Shown in pieces: positions 1 through 7,478 of a stretch of DNA of 64,000 bases. The notes under the pieces were generated by a model. It was not told where the DNA came from and did not search any database. It worked only from the letters and a program-made list of their open reading frames with translations. The position numbers and the translations under genes were made by a program. This stretch comes from Kiritimatiellia bacterium (GTDB taxonomy: Bacteria; Verrucomicrobiota; Kiritimatiellia; CAIKKV01). Every line of letters starts with the position of its first letter. Position 1 is the stretch's first letter. The stretch lies in contig JAWOJA010000088.1 of assembly GCA_046484345.1 (NCBI GenBank), forward strand, positions 8,271 to 72,270. Direction: 5' to 3'.

Positions 1-419
1 ACATCAATTAAAAAGCCTAACAGTCCTGACAGGAACTCATAATTCGGCTTTGGTTCATTACCGATAAAAGAAGACAACTTGCGGCCCGGTAGTAATTCCT
101 CGCTATATACCAGATAATTGCCCGCAGCAACAGTTACACACCTTGGCTCTAATGACCCAAGCCTGACGATACACGGAGCAGTACACAATCGAAGCGCTTC
201 AATTTCACGTTGAGCGCGAGCCGTTTGCTCTTCAATGTCCGTCAGTTCGAAACCATCCGCTTCCGTCGGTATATAAATTGCTTTAATCGCCTCGGTATGT
301 TTCGACTTGTCAACTCCCTTAAATACAACCTTAAAGCCCCCCTTATCGATGTAGGTAAGGTCAACAAACGCACCAAGGGCTTGTTTGAGTTGATCGATAT
401 CAGGGATCGGTATTCTCAT
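1..419 (-). CDS. Protein-kinase-like protein, N-terminal 139 codons only (ORF runs off the left edge)
   Basis: Hand translation of the minus strand from ATG at 419-417 gives 139 codons with no stop: MRIPIPDIDQLKQALGAFVDLTYIDKGGFKVVFKGVDKSKHTEAIKAIYIPTEADGFELTDIEEQTARAQREIEALRLCTAPCIVRLGSLEPRCVTVAAGNYLVYSEELLPGRKL... It matches Hanks subdomains I (KGGFKVVF G-loop), II (AIK lysine), III (REIEAL Glu) and the hinge (YSEELLPG). It is missing from the supplied ORF track because it has no stop in the window. Confidence 0.6.
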   Translation of the reverse strand, partial: MRIPIPDIDQLKQALGAFVDLTYIDKGGFKVVFKGVDKSKHTEAIKAIYIPTEADGFELTDIEEQTARAQREIEALRLCTAPCIVRLGSLEPRCVTVAAGNYLVYSEELLPGRKLSSFIGNEPKPNYEFLSGLLGFLID

Positions 420-478
420 GTATAATTCTCCATCATAGTTTCCGGTTCAATAGCGCTCATCCCTTCCAATGTCCCCCT

Positions 479-1837
479 CTACTCGGTATGAATTGTTACG
501 TCGTACCCCAAGGCATATAGCGCCTTGCTTGTGCGGCCATTGCGTGGCGGGAACTCTTTCGGGAGCGCCCAGCCAACGATCTCTCCGAAGGTGCTAAGTC
601 CCGCATGACGGATGCGCCGCGAAGCGGTGAAGGAAATCTCGAAAAGGCGCTCGGGAAGATCCGATTGTTCGCCACCATAAAGCAGGTATTTCAGAAGCTC
701 AAGGAAGGTTTCTCCCTTTTCCGTCTCCTCGCCATATAGTCTTTTTGCTAAATAGACACCACGTTCTTCGCTCGACATCTGCGGTAGTTTCTTCGAAAGA
801 CCCAACGATTTATAATTTGCTCGATCCGCATAATTACGAAAAGCGTGAACTTTTGTAAATACCTCTACAAATGTCTCTTCGTCAATGCTGCGAATCCTGG
901 AAGCGGACAGATTGCGTGCGATAAATGGAGCCCATTCATTCATGGTACGGTCTTCTGAACTAGGAGCGGTTTGAAGGTTACGCCACCATCTAGTAGCTTC
1001 CTCTAAAGCTTGGTGCGGTCGTTTTTTGTTATTCTCGTGATATTCTCGATGCCGGGCATTGCGTCCTTCCATAACACGGTTGTAGTAATAGGCGTGCAGG
1101 AACTGATCTGCCTGAACACCGGCAGGTATATTGGGCGCAACCCATGGTGGCCGATTTTCTGGTTGTGAAACTGTGATTGCAATGTCGCGAATATAACCCA
1201 AAGTACGATTCCATTCCTGAAGGAATTCCCGGCGCCGACGTTCACCCGAATTCGACTTCTTTTGAACAGAAACGAGGGAGTCTAGGCGAGGTATTTTCCG
1301 ATGCTCTTCAAAATCTTTCCGCATGCGTTCCAACTCGATGAATCGAGGATCTTCCTGATGCTTCTTAATTTCATCGACGAGTTCCTTTGTTAGGCCGTGG
1401 GCGACCTCATCGAGTTCGGCGAAGAAGGTTTCTAGTTCATCTGTGAGTCCTTCGTCCACGATTTCGTCCTGTGAAAGGAATAGTCCAGCTTCTATGTTTC
1501 CGAACCAGGCTTTTCGTGTAAGGTTGGCTGAGCCTATGTATACTCCGAATGACCGCCACCAGATGACCTTGGGGTGGAAAATATCGGGTACGAGCTTGCA
1601 AACCGCCAGCGGAGATTTACCTAGAAACCATTCTAGAATACTAACATTCACAGGCACGGTATAGTCGTATCGGGCCCAGAGACGAAACCGGATGCGCTTC
1701 TCATGGCAGGGCTTGATGAGGGAACTATCATCCATAACGTAAGCAACGGCAGCCCAGACCTCATCGCATTCCTGTAATGCGTCGCGGTTAAGCATATCTA
1801 TCGGCGATTGATGGTGAATTCCCCGAATGAGTTTCAT
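479..1837 (-). CDS. PLD-family (single HKD motif) nuclease with a large C-terminal domain of unknown function
   Basis: ORF 479..1909. The likely start is MKLIRG at 1837, whose ATG overlaps the hsdS stop (ATGA). The HKD-type motif FHPKVIWWRSFGVYIGSANLT has Nuc/BfiI-like spacing, HxK-x4-(R instead of D)-x6-GSxN. The C-terminal ~270 aa have no motif I recognise. The extreme C-terminus (AGLSTFGEIVGWALPKEFPPRNGRTSKALYALGY) looks helix-hairpin-helix-like. Confidence 0.85.
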   Translation of the reverse strand: MKLIRGIHHQSPIDMLNRDALQECDEVWAAVAYVMDDSSLIKPCHEKRIRFRLWARYDYTVPVNVSILEWFLGKSPLAVCKLVPDIFHPKVIWWRSFGVYIGSANLTRKAWFGNIEAGLFLSQDEIVDEGLTDELETFFAELDEVAHGLTKELVDEIKKHQEDPRFIELERMRKDFEEHRKIPRLDSLVSVQKKSNSGERRRREFLQEWNRTLGYIRDIAITVSQPENRPPWVAPNIPAGVQADQFLHAYYYNRVMEGRNARHREYHENNKKRPHQALEEATRWWRNLQTAPSSEDRTMNEWAPFIARNLSASRIRSIDEETFVEVFTKVHAFRNYADRANYKSLGLSKKLPQMSSEERGVYLAKRLYGEETEKGETFLELLKYLLYGGEQSDLPERLFEISFTASRRIRHAGLSTFGEIVGWALPKEFPPRNGRTSKALYALGYDVTIHTE

Positions 1838-3093
1838 TTTATCACCCTCGCTTCTCCCGTCAGCAGTTTTTGCATCAGCCCCTTCTTCTGATGCTCCAAC
1901 GCCGCACACTCGGTCTCCAACGCCTTGATCTCCTCATCGGCGGCGGAAAGAACGGCGGCGATGGCGCGTTGCTCGGCGAGAGCGGGAGAAGGGATCTTAA
2001 GGTTGAAAAAGTCGGCTGCGTTTAAATTCAAAAGCCCGTTGTTTCGCACGCCGGTGTTCACCCATTGCCGCAACTGTTCACCGTGAAGGCCCGAACGAAA
2101 GAACTGTTCTACAAAACCTTCGTCGGCGACTTCTGAAATCACGCGGAACGAAAAGAAGACATCCGGAACCAATCCTTCGTCATACTCGGACAACCGATAC
2201 GCACAACCCTGTGGAAATCTATATGAGTTACCCTTGTTGTATGCGAACTCGCCGCGTTTCAACAGTATGTAATTTTCAATATGACGGCCTGCAATAACCC
2301 TGCTGAACTTTTCTTCTTGCGAGACAAAGCCTGTGCCAGCCGTAATGCTTAACACCGCGTACCCTTTCGTCGATTTCGGGCTTTCTGTAATTCGCCTGGA
2401 AACCTGGGACATCTTTTTCACGGGCCATTTCCCTCCAAACCCCGGCAACCGCCTCTTACCCGTCAACAACTGCTGCATGAGCCCTTTTTTGCGGCGTTTG
2501 GCTGCGGCAACCAGGCGGCGGGCGTGCTCGATCGCCTCGTCCCAGGCGGACAGGATTTCAACGATTTTCTTTTGTTCGGGAAGAGGGGGGAGTGGCAGAG
2601 GTAGCGCTAGTAGTTTCTCTCTGGTTAGGTGTGCAATGCTGGTTCGCGAGGTAAGATTCAGAATAATCGGATCCTCTGTCATCCGGAATAAGAATGCCTG
2701 GGCAAACGCATTAAGGATCCGACCGTCCTTTGCTCGTAGTCTGTGAAGCGCCTTCTGAAAATAACAAGGGCGGATCTGTTCAGTCCATATCGCGCACCTA
2801 CCAGGTTCACCGCCTTCACAAACAAGAAGATCCCCTAAGCGCAACTCAAACTTTTTTCTTTCCGTTTCTGAGAAATCCATCTTCTGTATAAACGAATGGT
2901 CGAATGATGCCCAACGCACATTGAAGTTGGCTAAATACGGCTGAGGATCCTTCCCCACTCGGGCAAGGCTGCTTAACATTTTTCCTAGCTGAACATCATA
3001 GACTTCTCCAAGAGGCACGCACTCCCACTCCTCCGGAATCCACCCCACCTTGGTTTTCTTGTAGCCGGGCCGGTTGGCATTGCGGTCGGTCAT
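1834..3093 (-). CDS. hsdS: Type I restriction-modification specificity subunit HsdS (full length, two TRDs)
   Basis: 419 aa with two target-recognition regions. They are separated and followed by the conserved HsdS helices LPPLPEQKKIVEILSAWDEAIE...GLMQQLLTG and PSPALAEQRAIAAVLSAADEEIKALE...GLMQKLLTG. Confidence 0.9.
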   Translation of the reverse strand: MTDRNANRPGYKKTKVGWIPEEWECVPLGEVYDVQLGKMLSSLARVGKDPQPYLANFNVRWASFDHSFIQKMDFSETERKKFELRLGDLLVCEGGEPGRCAIWTEQIRPCYFQKALHRLRAKDGRILNAFAQAFLFRMTEDPIILNLTSRTSIAHLTREKLLALPLPLPPLPEQKKIVEILSAWDEAIEHARRLVAAAKRRKKGLMQQLLTGKRRLPGFGGKWPVKKMSQVSRRITESPKSTKGYAVLSITAGTGFVSQEEKFSRVIAGRHIENYILLKRGEFAYNKGNSYRFPQGCAYRLSEYDEGLVPDVFFSFRVISEVADEGFVEQFFRSGLHGEQLRQWVNTGVRNNGLLNLNAADFFNLKIPSPALAEQRAIAAVLSAADEEIKALETECAALEHQKKGLMQKLLTGEARVIK

Positions 3094-3263
3094 GGGATGC
3101 TCTTTCTGGAGAGTCGGGTTCGTGAGCGAACGGCTTCCGCCGACATGATCAAAATATCGCGTTTCCTATACATATCGCATTGAACCTGCATAGATTTGAT
3201 GCGTTCTGTCGCTCATACCGGCAATTCGGTGCCTTCGTTGAGAATATCGAGGTAGGTCGGATA

Positions 3264-3289
3264 TGTAAGGATACAGCATCATCCTTACA
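3264..3289 (-). terminator. Hairpin about 35 nt downstream of the hsdM stop (possible terminator or processing site)
   Basis: Perfect 9-bp stem TGTAAGGAT / ATCCTTACA with an 8-nt loop, inside the 229-bp lower-GC gap between hsdM and hsdS. No U-tract follows on the minus strand, so intrinsic-terminator function is doubtful. Confidence 0.2.
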
Positions 3290-3322
3290 AATACGGGTCT
3301 GTTGTGTAAGGTTCGCGGCATT

Positions 3323-4867
3323 TTAGAACCCCAACTCCTTCAAATATCCCCGCATCTTCTTCCGCGTTTCGCCCAGCTTTCCCTCGATCTCTTCGATTTC
3401 CTTCTGAACCGCCGCAATATCCACCTCCGGCTCGGGCTCAAAGGTGTCCACATACCGGGGGATATTCAGGTTGAACTCGTTTTCCTCAAGCTCGGTATAG
3501 GGTGCCAGACGGGAATATTTTGGGATCTCCTTGCGTCGGCGGAAGGTGTCCACAATCTTTTCGATATCCTCCGCCCGGAGCTTGTTCTGATTGGTGCCCT
3601 GCTCATACTCCCGGCTGGCATCAATAAACAACACCCCGCACTTCCCCTTGAGTTTGCGGCTCTTGTCGAAAATCAACAGTGCGGCCGGAATACCCGCCCC
3701 ATAGAACAGGTTGGCCGGCAAACCGACCACGCCATCCAGCAAATTCTCCTCGATCACGCTCTTGCGGATAGTCCCCTCGGCGCCCCCCCGAAACAGCACC
3801 CCGTGCGGCACCACCACCCCAACCCGCCCCTTGCCTTCCACTGCCGTGGCCAGCATGTGCAGCACGAAGGCCCAGTCCCCCTTGCTCTTGGGGGGAACGC
3901 CCCGTCCGAACCGGCCAAACCGGTCCCCGGAAGCCATCTCCTGGCCCCACTTGTCCAGACTGAACGGCGGATTGGCCACAACCACGTCAAACTTCATCAG
4001 CGCCGTGCCCTCCAGCAGCAGCGGGTGGCGAATGGTATCCTCCCACTCGATGCGGGCGGAATCCAGTCCGTGCAAAAACATGTTCATTTTGCACAAAGCC
4101 CAGGTGCTGCCGTTCATCTCCTGGCCGAACAGCGACACGTTCTGCCCGCCCGCCTCCGTGGCCGCCTTGATGAGCAGCGAACCCGAACCGCATGTGGGAT
4201 CGCAGATCCGGTCGCCCGGTTTCGGCCGCACCAGCTTGGCCAGGGTGACCGACACCTCTTTCGGCGTGTAAAATTCCCCCGCTTTTTTGCCCGCCTGCGA
4301 AGCGAACTTGGCAATCAGGTATTCATAGACATCGCCGATAATGTCCATGTGCCCGATGCGATCGGGCCGTAGATCGAGCTTGGGATCGGCAAAATCCTCC
4401 AGCAACGACTTCAGCCGCACGTTCCGTTGCCGCGTCTGGCCCAGGTTGGCCTCGCTGTTGAAGTCGATGTTGCGGAAGACGTTATGCAGCTTGTCCTTCT
4501 TGGCGTCTTCAATCGCCTCCAGGGTGATGTTGATGATCTCCCCGATCCGGGTGTTGCCGCGCCTTTCATAGAGACTATCGAAATTGCCGGGAAACGAATC
4601 ATCAACCTTCCCGTTCGTGTCTTTCAACTCCACTTGGGGCACAATGAACCGCTCCAGCGCCATGGCACGATCCACGCGGACCTTGTCACCTTTATACTTT
4701 TTCTCGTATTCCTCCCGCTTCGCCTTATGGACATCGCTCAGGTATTTGAGAAACAGCATGGTGAGGATGTAATCCTTGTACTGCGTCGGATCGATGACCC
4801 CGCGAAAGGTATCGCACGCTTTCCACACCACATTAAAAATCTCGTCGCGAATCTGATCGTCGTTCAT
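3323..4867 (-). CDS. hsdM: Type I R-M N6-adenine DNA methyltransferase HsdM
   Basis: 514 aa with an HsdM_N-like N-terminus (YILTMLFLKYLSD), an AdoMet site (DPTCGSGSLL) and the catalytic motif VVANPPFS. Its ATG overlaps the stop of the upstream half-size hsdS (ATGA at 4864-4867). Confidence 0.95.
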   Translation of the reverse strand: MNDDQIRDEIFNVVWKACDTFRGVIDPTQYKDYILTMLFLKYLSDVHKAKREEYEKKYKGDKVRVDRAMALERFIVPQVELKDTNGKVDDSFPGNFDSLYERRGNTRIGEIINITLEAIEDAKKDKLHNVFRNIDFNSEANLGQTRQRNVRLKSLLEDFADPKLDLRPDRIGHMDIIGDVYEYLIAKFASQAGKKAGEFYTPKEVSVTLAKLVRPKPGDRICDPTCGSGSLLIKAATEAGGQNVSLFGQEMNGSTWALCKMNMFLHGLDSARIEWEDTIRHPLLLEGTALMKFDVVVANPPFSLDKWGQEMASGDRFGRFGRGVPPKSKGDWAFVLHMLATAVEGKGRVGVVVPHGVLFRGGAEGTIRKSVIEENLLDGVVGLPANLFYGAGIPAALLIFDKSRKLKGKCGVLFIDASREYEQGTNQNKLRAEDIEKIVDTFRRRKEIPKYSRLAPYTELEENEFNLNIPRYVDTFEPEPEVDIAAVQKEIEEIEGKLGETRKKMRGYLKELGF

Positions 4868-5514
4868 GGCTGTGCTCCTGTTTCCTCAAAAGGCCGAAGT
4901 ATTTGTCGATTATAAAAGTCGAGCATTTCACGGCGCTTCCGGCCCAAGTCGGCCAGCAACGATTCTTCCTGCCGCGCCAACCGGTCGAGTTCAACCAGCG
5001 CAAGCTGGGTTTTGAGCGGAGGCAGCGGAATGACCAAGTTTTCCAGCATGGTCCGTCGGATGACGGGCAGATAGACACCGCTTCCGGCCTGGGCGGTTAG
5101 CGAGCGGATCACGGATTCCCGGTTCAAATACCACGCCAAGTAGTCGGCGTTCAAGTTGGACTCCGGGCGAAGTACGAAAAAATTAGCTGCCGCCAAGGAT
5201 GGTTCTGGAAGCGCCTCGATCGCATACGCAAATGGCCGCTGCCCTTTGGCCATAAACAGCACTTCCCCCGCGCACAAAGGTTTGACCGAAATGCTTGCCT
5301 CCGGGGTGAACCGCAGCAGTGCCGTCGCGTTTAACAAAGTCTTTGCACTGTCAAAATCCCCGATTTGCACCAAGTGATGCGACCCATTCGCATCCGGTAC
5401 CACCGCCCTGCGGGCGAGATAACCGGTTCGGATCGTAGCAAGCTGGCCTAGCGTCACACTCAATTCCTGCTCCAGTGTTAAAGCAACTGCACAGGAAATT
5501 ATACAATCACGCAA
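4864..5514 (-). CDS. Half-size (single-TRD) HsdS-like specificity protein
   Basis: 216-aa ORF with one TRD followed by an HsdS-type conserved helix (LVIPLPPLKTQLALVELDRLARQEESLL). The ORF-track start at 5514 is TTG and sits upstream of the predicted promoter -10 element. A TTG at 5463 preceded by GGAG, or the GTG at 5457, is the more likely start. Confidence 0.7.
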   Translation of the reverse strand: MRDCIISCAVALTLEQELSVTLGQLATIRTGYLARRAVVPDANGSHHLVQIGDFDSAKTLLNATALLRFTPEASISVKPLCAGEVLFMAKGQRPFAYAIEALPEPSLAAANFFVLRPESNLNADYLAWYLNRESVIRSLTAQAGSGVYLPVIRRTMLENLVIPLPPLKTQLALVELDRLARQEESLLADLGRKRREMLDFYNRQILRPFEETGAQP

Positions 5515-5524
5515 AAAATGTCAA
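5498..5524 (-). promoter_or_regulatory. Sigma70-like promoter for the half-hsdS/hsdM operon
   Basis: The minus strand reads TTGACA (5524-5519), a 15-nt spacer, then TATAAT (5503-5498). It lies at the GC-content boundary of the island. Confidence 0.4.
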
Positions 5525-5544
5525 TTATAATTGCAGTAATTCGT

Positions 5545-6189
5545 TTACTGCTTCAACACATTCGAGTGATTGGGCAGCCGGCGGATGCGCGGCAGGCCGA
5601 CTTTATAGCGCATGGCGAGCAGGCGCAGGATAAACGTTACCAATATGCAGGAAAAAAGCTGGGTGTTCAACGAATAGCCGCCGAGGCGGACCCCGTCAAA
5701 AACAATCGCCCCCGCAATGGCGGCGGTGGCATAAAAACCGGTCCGCAACACGGCCGGGATCTCGCGCACCAGCACGTCGCGCACCACGCCGCCGCCGGTG
5801 GCCGTAATGGCCGCCAGCATCAGGATCCCCACGTGCCCCAGGCCGGCCCCGGTCGCCTTCGCCGCACCCAGCGCCGCAAACACGCCAAGCCCCACGGCAT
5901 CGGCCGCCATCACGCCGTCCCACCAGGGGGCAATCCGCTTGGACGCCACAAAGACCACCAGCCCGCCGGCCAGGCAAATCAGCAGGTAGCGCTCGTCGCG
6001 GAAAGCGAAGGGCGTCCCATTACCCGCCATCAGGTCGGCCATGATCCCGCCGCCCACGCCCGTGGCGGTGGCCAGCACCAGCACGCCGAGCAGGTCCAGC
6101 TCATATTTGATGGCCCGGAAGGCGCCGGACAAAGCGAAGGCAAACGTGCCGAAGAGATCCAGCAAATTCAGCATGGCGGGCGCTTGCAT
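5545..6189 (-). CDS. Trimeric intracellular cation channel / UPF0126 (YadS-like) membrane protein
   Basis: Two UPF0126-type repeats (FGTFAFALSGAFRAI...GGGIMADL and ...TGGGVVRDVL). The likely start is MQAPAMLN at 6189 rather than the ORF maximum at 6231, which would overlap murA. Confidence 0.8.
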   Translation of the reverse strand: MQAPAMLNLLDLFGTFAFALSGAFRAIKYELDLLGVLVLATATGVGGGIMADLMAGNGTPFAFRDERYLLICLAGGLVVFVASKRIAPWWDGVMAADAVGLGVFAALGAAKATGAGLGHVGILMLAAITATGGGVVRDVLVREIPAVLRTGFYATAAIAGAIVFDGVRLGGYSLNTQLFSCILVTFILRLLAMRYKVGLPRIRRLPNHSNVLKQ

Positions 6190-6194
6190 AGTCT

Positions 6195-7469
6195 TCAGCC
6201 TTCCCTCACGAAGGCCGCGCCCAGCGAACACAGCTTCTCGTCGATCCGCTCATACCCGCGGTCCACGCACTGCGCGTTGTCCACCACGCTTTTGCCCTTG
6301 GCGCAAAGCGCGGCCAGGATCAGCGCCATGCCGGCGCGAATATCGGGACTGACCAGGTGCGAGCGGTGCAGCCGCGAGGGGCCCACCACCACCACGCGGT
6401 GCGGATCGCACTGCACGATGCGGGCGCCCATCTCGATCAGGCGGTCCACGAAATAGAGACGGCTCTCGAACATCTTCTCGTAAAAGATCACCGTGCCGGT
6501 CGCGCGGACGGCCATGACCACCGCCACGCTCATCAGGTCGGAGGGGAACGAGGGCCAGATGCCGTCCTCTATGCGGGGCACGGCGAAGCCGTAATCGTGC
6601 ATCACCCTCAGCTTGCGGTGGGCGGGCAGGCGCAGGGTTCCGCTCTCCATCGTAAAACCCGCGCCGAGCTTGCCGAACACCTGGGCGATGGGGCGCATGG
6701 TCTCGGGCGGCACCCCCTCCACGGTGAGCTCGCCGCCCGTGATGGCGGCGGCCGCCAGGTAGCTGCCGATCTCGATGTTGTCGGGCTGCACGGTGTAATC
6801 CGCCCCGCGCAGCACCGGCACCCCGTCGATGACGATCCGGTTCGTGCCGTGCCCGCTGATTTTGGCGCCCATGGCGATCAGCAGATTGCACAGGTCCTGC
6901 ACATGGGGCTCGCAGGCGGCATTGAAAACAACGGTCCGCCCCTCGGCCAGGCAGGCGGCCATGACGGTGTTTTCCGTGCCCGTCACGCTCGCTTCGTCGA
7001 GCAGGATGTCGGCGCCCTTCAACTTCTTCGCCGAAAACGAATAGTCCCGCGCGCCGCGCACCTCCACGCCCAGGGCCCGCATGGCCAGCAGATGCGTGTC
7101 GAGCCGGCGCCGGCCGATCACATCGCCCCCGGGCGGGGCGAGGGTGGCCCGGCCGAAGCGGGCGACCAGGGGGCCGGCCAGAAGGATGGAGGCCCGCAGG
7201 CGGGCGCAAAGGGCCGGATCCAGCCGCCGGCGCCGCAACCCCTTGGCGCAGACGCGCACGGCGCCGTCCTGCTCCTCGACCGCCGCGCCCAGGGCGCGGA
7301 GGATCTCGAGCATCACGCGCACATCCTCGATGCGCGGCACGCGGTGAAGCGTGACCGGCTCGTCGGTAAGCAGGCAGGCGGCCAGCATGGGAAGCGCGGC
7401 ATTCTTGTTGCCGCCGGGCGTGAGAACGCCCGACAACCGCCGGCCTCCTTCAATGACAAAACGGGCCAT
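6195..7469 (-). CDS. murA: UDP-N-acetylglucosamine 1-carboxyvinyltransferase
   Basis: 424 aa. The N-terminus FVIEGGRRLSGVLTPGGNKNAALPMLAACLL and overall EPSP-synthase-fold similarity are typical of MurA. Confidence 0.95.
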   Translation of the reverse strand: MARFVIEGGRRLSGVLTPGGNKNAALPMLAACLLTDEPVTLHRVPRIEDVRVMLEILRALGAAVEEQDGAVRVCAKGLRRRRLDPALCARLRASILLAGPLVARFGRATLAPPGGDVIGRRRLDTHLLAMRALGVEVRGARDYSFSAKKLKGADILLDEASVTGTENTVMAACLAEGRTVVFNAACEPHVQDLCNLLIAMGAKISGHGTNRIVIDGVPVLRGADYTVQPDNIEIGSYLAAAAITGGELTVEGVPPETMRPIAQVFGKLGAGFTMESGTLRLPAHRKLRVMHDYGFAVPRIEDGIWPSFPSDLMSVAVVMAVRATGTVIFYEKMFESRLYFVDRLIEMGARIVQCDPHRVVVVGPSRLHRSHLVSPDIRAGMALILAALCAKGKSVVDNAQCVDRGYERIDEKLCSLGAAFVREG

Positions 7470-7478
7470 GACCGGGCC

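Noticed and set aside
210-425. 71-aa + strand ORF in the track
   Set aside because: It lies antisense to the 139-codon stop-free kinase-like frame and has no motifs. The minus-strand frame is far better supported.
1834-5514. Possible phase-variable hsdS shufflon (two hsdS genes)
   Set aside because: Both S genes are in the same orientation. I see no long inverted repeats between them and no recombinase gene, so site-specific inversion switching is not supported.
5515-5545. tRNA or att site at the island boundary
   Set aside because: Only about 30 bp separate the island promoter from the TRIC gene stop. I could find no tRNA-like cloverleaf or direct repeat by eye. The left boundary is outside the window, so integration-site repeats cannot be evaluated.
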